This document shows positions 61,563 to 64,000 of a stretch of 64,000 nucleotides of DNA, piece after piece. Made by a program: the position numbers and the translations under genes. The DNA is taken from the NCBI RefSeq assembly GCF_964355755.1, contig NC_092676.1, positions 2,423,788 to 2,487,787 of the forward strand. Reading direction: 5' to 3'. The stretch is from Antedon mediterranea. Taxonomy: Eukaryota > Animalia > Echinodermata. The number at the start of each line of letters is the position of its first letter. Within the stretch, counting starts at the first letter, position 1. Under the pieces are notes generated by a model. The model saw only the letters and a list, made by a program, of their open reading frames with translations, was not told the DNA's origin and did no database searches.

Positions 61563-62929
61563 AATACATTTGAAATTGTGTTTGAATTATAGTTGTGTTT
61601 TAGAATTATGAATCTATAGTATAACTATTATTAATATTTCACAAAATAATTGCATAATTTATTACAATTTGAAATAGGATGTAACAGGTAATTTGACATA
61701 TGACCAATTGCTTAAGGCGGCGTCAGGTGGTTAATATTAATTAAAGAGTGAGCAGATCTAGATGACATCATTTCTAAAGGTCATATGCTAATTAATTGAG
61801 GTCATTGCTCAATTTTTCAAACATAATGTATTCAGGAATACTGTATTTCTTGCTTGACTATGATGAAAGTGGTGTTACCTATTATATTAATGTTAATTCC
61901 TACTAAATTTAACATAATTTGATTGGTCAGTGTATTTTGTACTTTAACTTACCTGGATAAACTGACATAAGGCCGTTGCACTTTCTGGAGTGAAAGAAAC
62001 AATATGGAAAAAGAAGAATAGTTCATTGCCCTGACCTGAAAATAGAACAGTGTGGAGACCACGCCCTCTAGTGGGAATTTCACAACATAAAGCCGTAATT
62101 TCTTTTTGGGGCGTTGCTGAGCATGCTATGTAGACAAATGGATGGAACATTAGGAAAACGAGCCCTATTTAACGTGAGCTTTTAGTACCCCGGCTAACCC
62201 GGGGTACTATAATTGCCTGTAATTGTTTTGACCCTGATCAGTCTTGTTGATGGGTAATTAACAGAACAGTGGCCATCAATCATGCAGGAAAGTATCTGGG
62301 TACTAAAAGAGGCCAAGCCCACTTTGTTTGCCAACAGCCAATCACCGACAGCATCAGGTTTCAGTTACAGCATGTTTTAATGATTAGGTAATAGTTTGAT
62401 TTCATGAAATAAATGAATATTTATATAATAGCCTTTTCACGCCTTATAATTATTTAAGTAAGCCTTTATTTCCATGTTTCCTTTTCGATTTTGTACATTT
62501 TAACAACATTGTATGGGGAGCTACAAAGTTCAACCTTAAATTGAGTAGTCAAGCGATCAACCAATTACAATTGAATAATTTTAATTTTATTAATTTACCA
62601 ATGAAATACATAGCCTACTACAAATTGATTCTGAAATAAACTGGGATGGTGCGATGGGATTTGGTAGGGATGTCAAGAGGTACACCATCACATCAGACTC
62701 GGGCTGACTTATAATGTAAAACTTCCTGGTACAAATTCTAACCCCGGCTCTATGACGGTTTTCAAATGCAGTTAAAACATACCCCCAGTTCACATTACTC
62801 ATGTGGTCATTGATACTAACCCCAGCAAATCACTAAGCCTCCAACCCCTCTAACCTCTGCACACTGTGATTTTTTAAAATATAGTTTAAAACCTTCCCAG
62901 TACAATTGTGGTCATACAATCACAAAATA

Positions 62930-63780
62930 TTGTGCTACCTACATTTGAGAAAGTGTGCAATCCATTAAAAAAATTGTGCTCCTCTTTGAGAAATTGTGCA
63001 ATATGCAACATTCAGGAAATTGTGCTACCTTTTTGAGAAATAATTGTGCTAACCATTCGGGAAATTGTGCTACCTCTTTGAGAAATTGTGCTACCCATTC
63101 GGGAAATTGTGCTACCTCTTTGAGAAATTGTGCTAACCATTCGGGAAATTGTGCTACCTCTTTGAGAAATTGTGCTAACCATTCGAGAAATTGTGCTACC
63201 CATTCGGGAAATTGTGCTACCTCTTTGAGAAATTGTGCTAACCATTCGGGAAATTGTGCTACCTCTTTGAGAAATTGTGCAATCCATTTCGGAAATTGTG
63301 CTACCTCTTTGAGAAATTATGCAATCCATTCGGGAGATTTTGTGCTACCTCTTTGAGCAATTGTGCTAACCATTCGGGAAATTGTGCTACCTCTTTGAGA
63401 AATTGTGCTAGCCATTTGGGAAATTGTGCTACCTCTTTGAGAAATTGTGCTAACCATTCGGGAAATTGTGCTACCTCTTTGAGAAATTGTGCTAACCATT
63501 CGGGAAATTGTGCTACCTCTTTGAGAAATTGTGCTAACCATTTGGGAAATTGTGCTAACCATTTGGGAAATTGTGCTACCTCTTTGAGACATTGTGCTAA
63601 CCATTCGGGAAATTGTGCTACCTCTTTGAGAAATTGTGCTAACCATTCGGGAAATTGTGCTAACCATTCGGGAAATTGTGCTACCTCTTTTTTTGAGAAA
63701 TTGTGCAATCCATTCCGGAAGTTGTGCTACCTCTTTGAGAAATTGTACGTACGGTATACCTATTTGAGAAATTGTGCTAT
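62930..63780. repeat. Composite 21/42-bp minisatellite (gaaattgtgct + acctctttga / aaccattcgg)
   Basis: Directly visible; generates the NCATSLR/NCANHSG ORFs in several frames. Confidence 0.95.
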
Positions 63781-64000
63781 CTTTTTCACATTTTTTCATC
63801 CCCTTCATAATCCATATTCCTATATCTTACCATGCACCAACTCATTCCAAATGTTAAAGGATACAAGATATACTGTGACGGGATTTAATATATGTGCCAA
63901 CAATACTTTATCGCATTATGCAGGTTCACATTTTTAGTCGCGTGGACGCGACTCTATAGTTCACTATGTCGGTCAGTCTGTCGGTCTGTCTGTCTGTCGG

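Noticed and set aside
62955-63937. Several overlapping ORFs (NCATSLR, STISQRG, EVAQFPEW repeats)
   Set aside because: By-products of a 21/42-bp minisatellite that is open in many frames on both strands.

Overview
AT-rich metazoan genomic DNA, apparently invertebrate: it has spliceosomal introns, LINEs, SINEs and MITEs. An echinoderm-like source is only a guess. Bases ~1.5-44.5 kb hold a head-to-tail, minus-strand array of 13 intronless paralogues (G1-G13) plus several remnants of an Ig-superfamily type I membrane receptor family. The full architecture is signal peptide, atypical V-like Ig, two short C2/I-like Ig, TM, juxtamembrane Cys/basic patch, and an acidic tyrosine-rich tail with ITAM, ITIM, ITSM, YxxM, YxN and YDEP motifs. 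Members occur as 3-Ig, 1-Ig and Ig-less (adaptor-like) forms. Two members are split by insertions that leave signal peptide + V-domain ORFs. Several tails are expanded by tandem repeats, and the paralogues look like sequence mosaics. Directly after the array lie the last four coding exons of a plus-strand VPS26 (retromer) gene (47018-48230). No earlier VPS26 exon is recognisable in the window, so the whole receptor array appears to be nested antisense in one >47 kb VPS26 intron. The rest of the window is non-coding: a probable promoter and first exon at ~52.2-52.4 kb, SINE/MITE copies and minisatellites. The provided ORF track uses TTG/GTG starts; CDS starts were corrected to ATG where needed.
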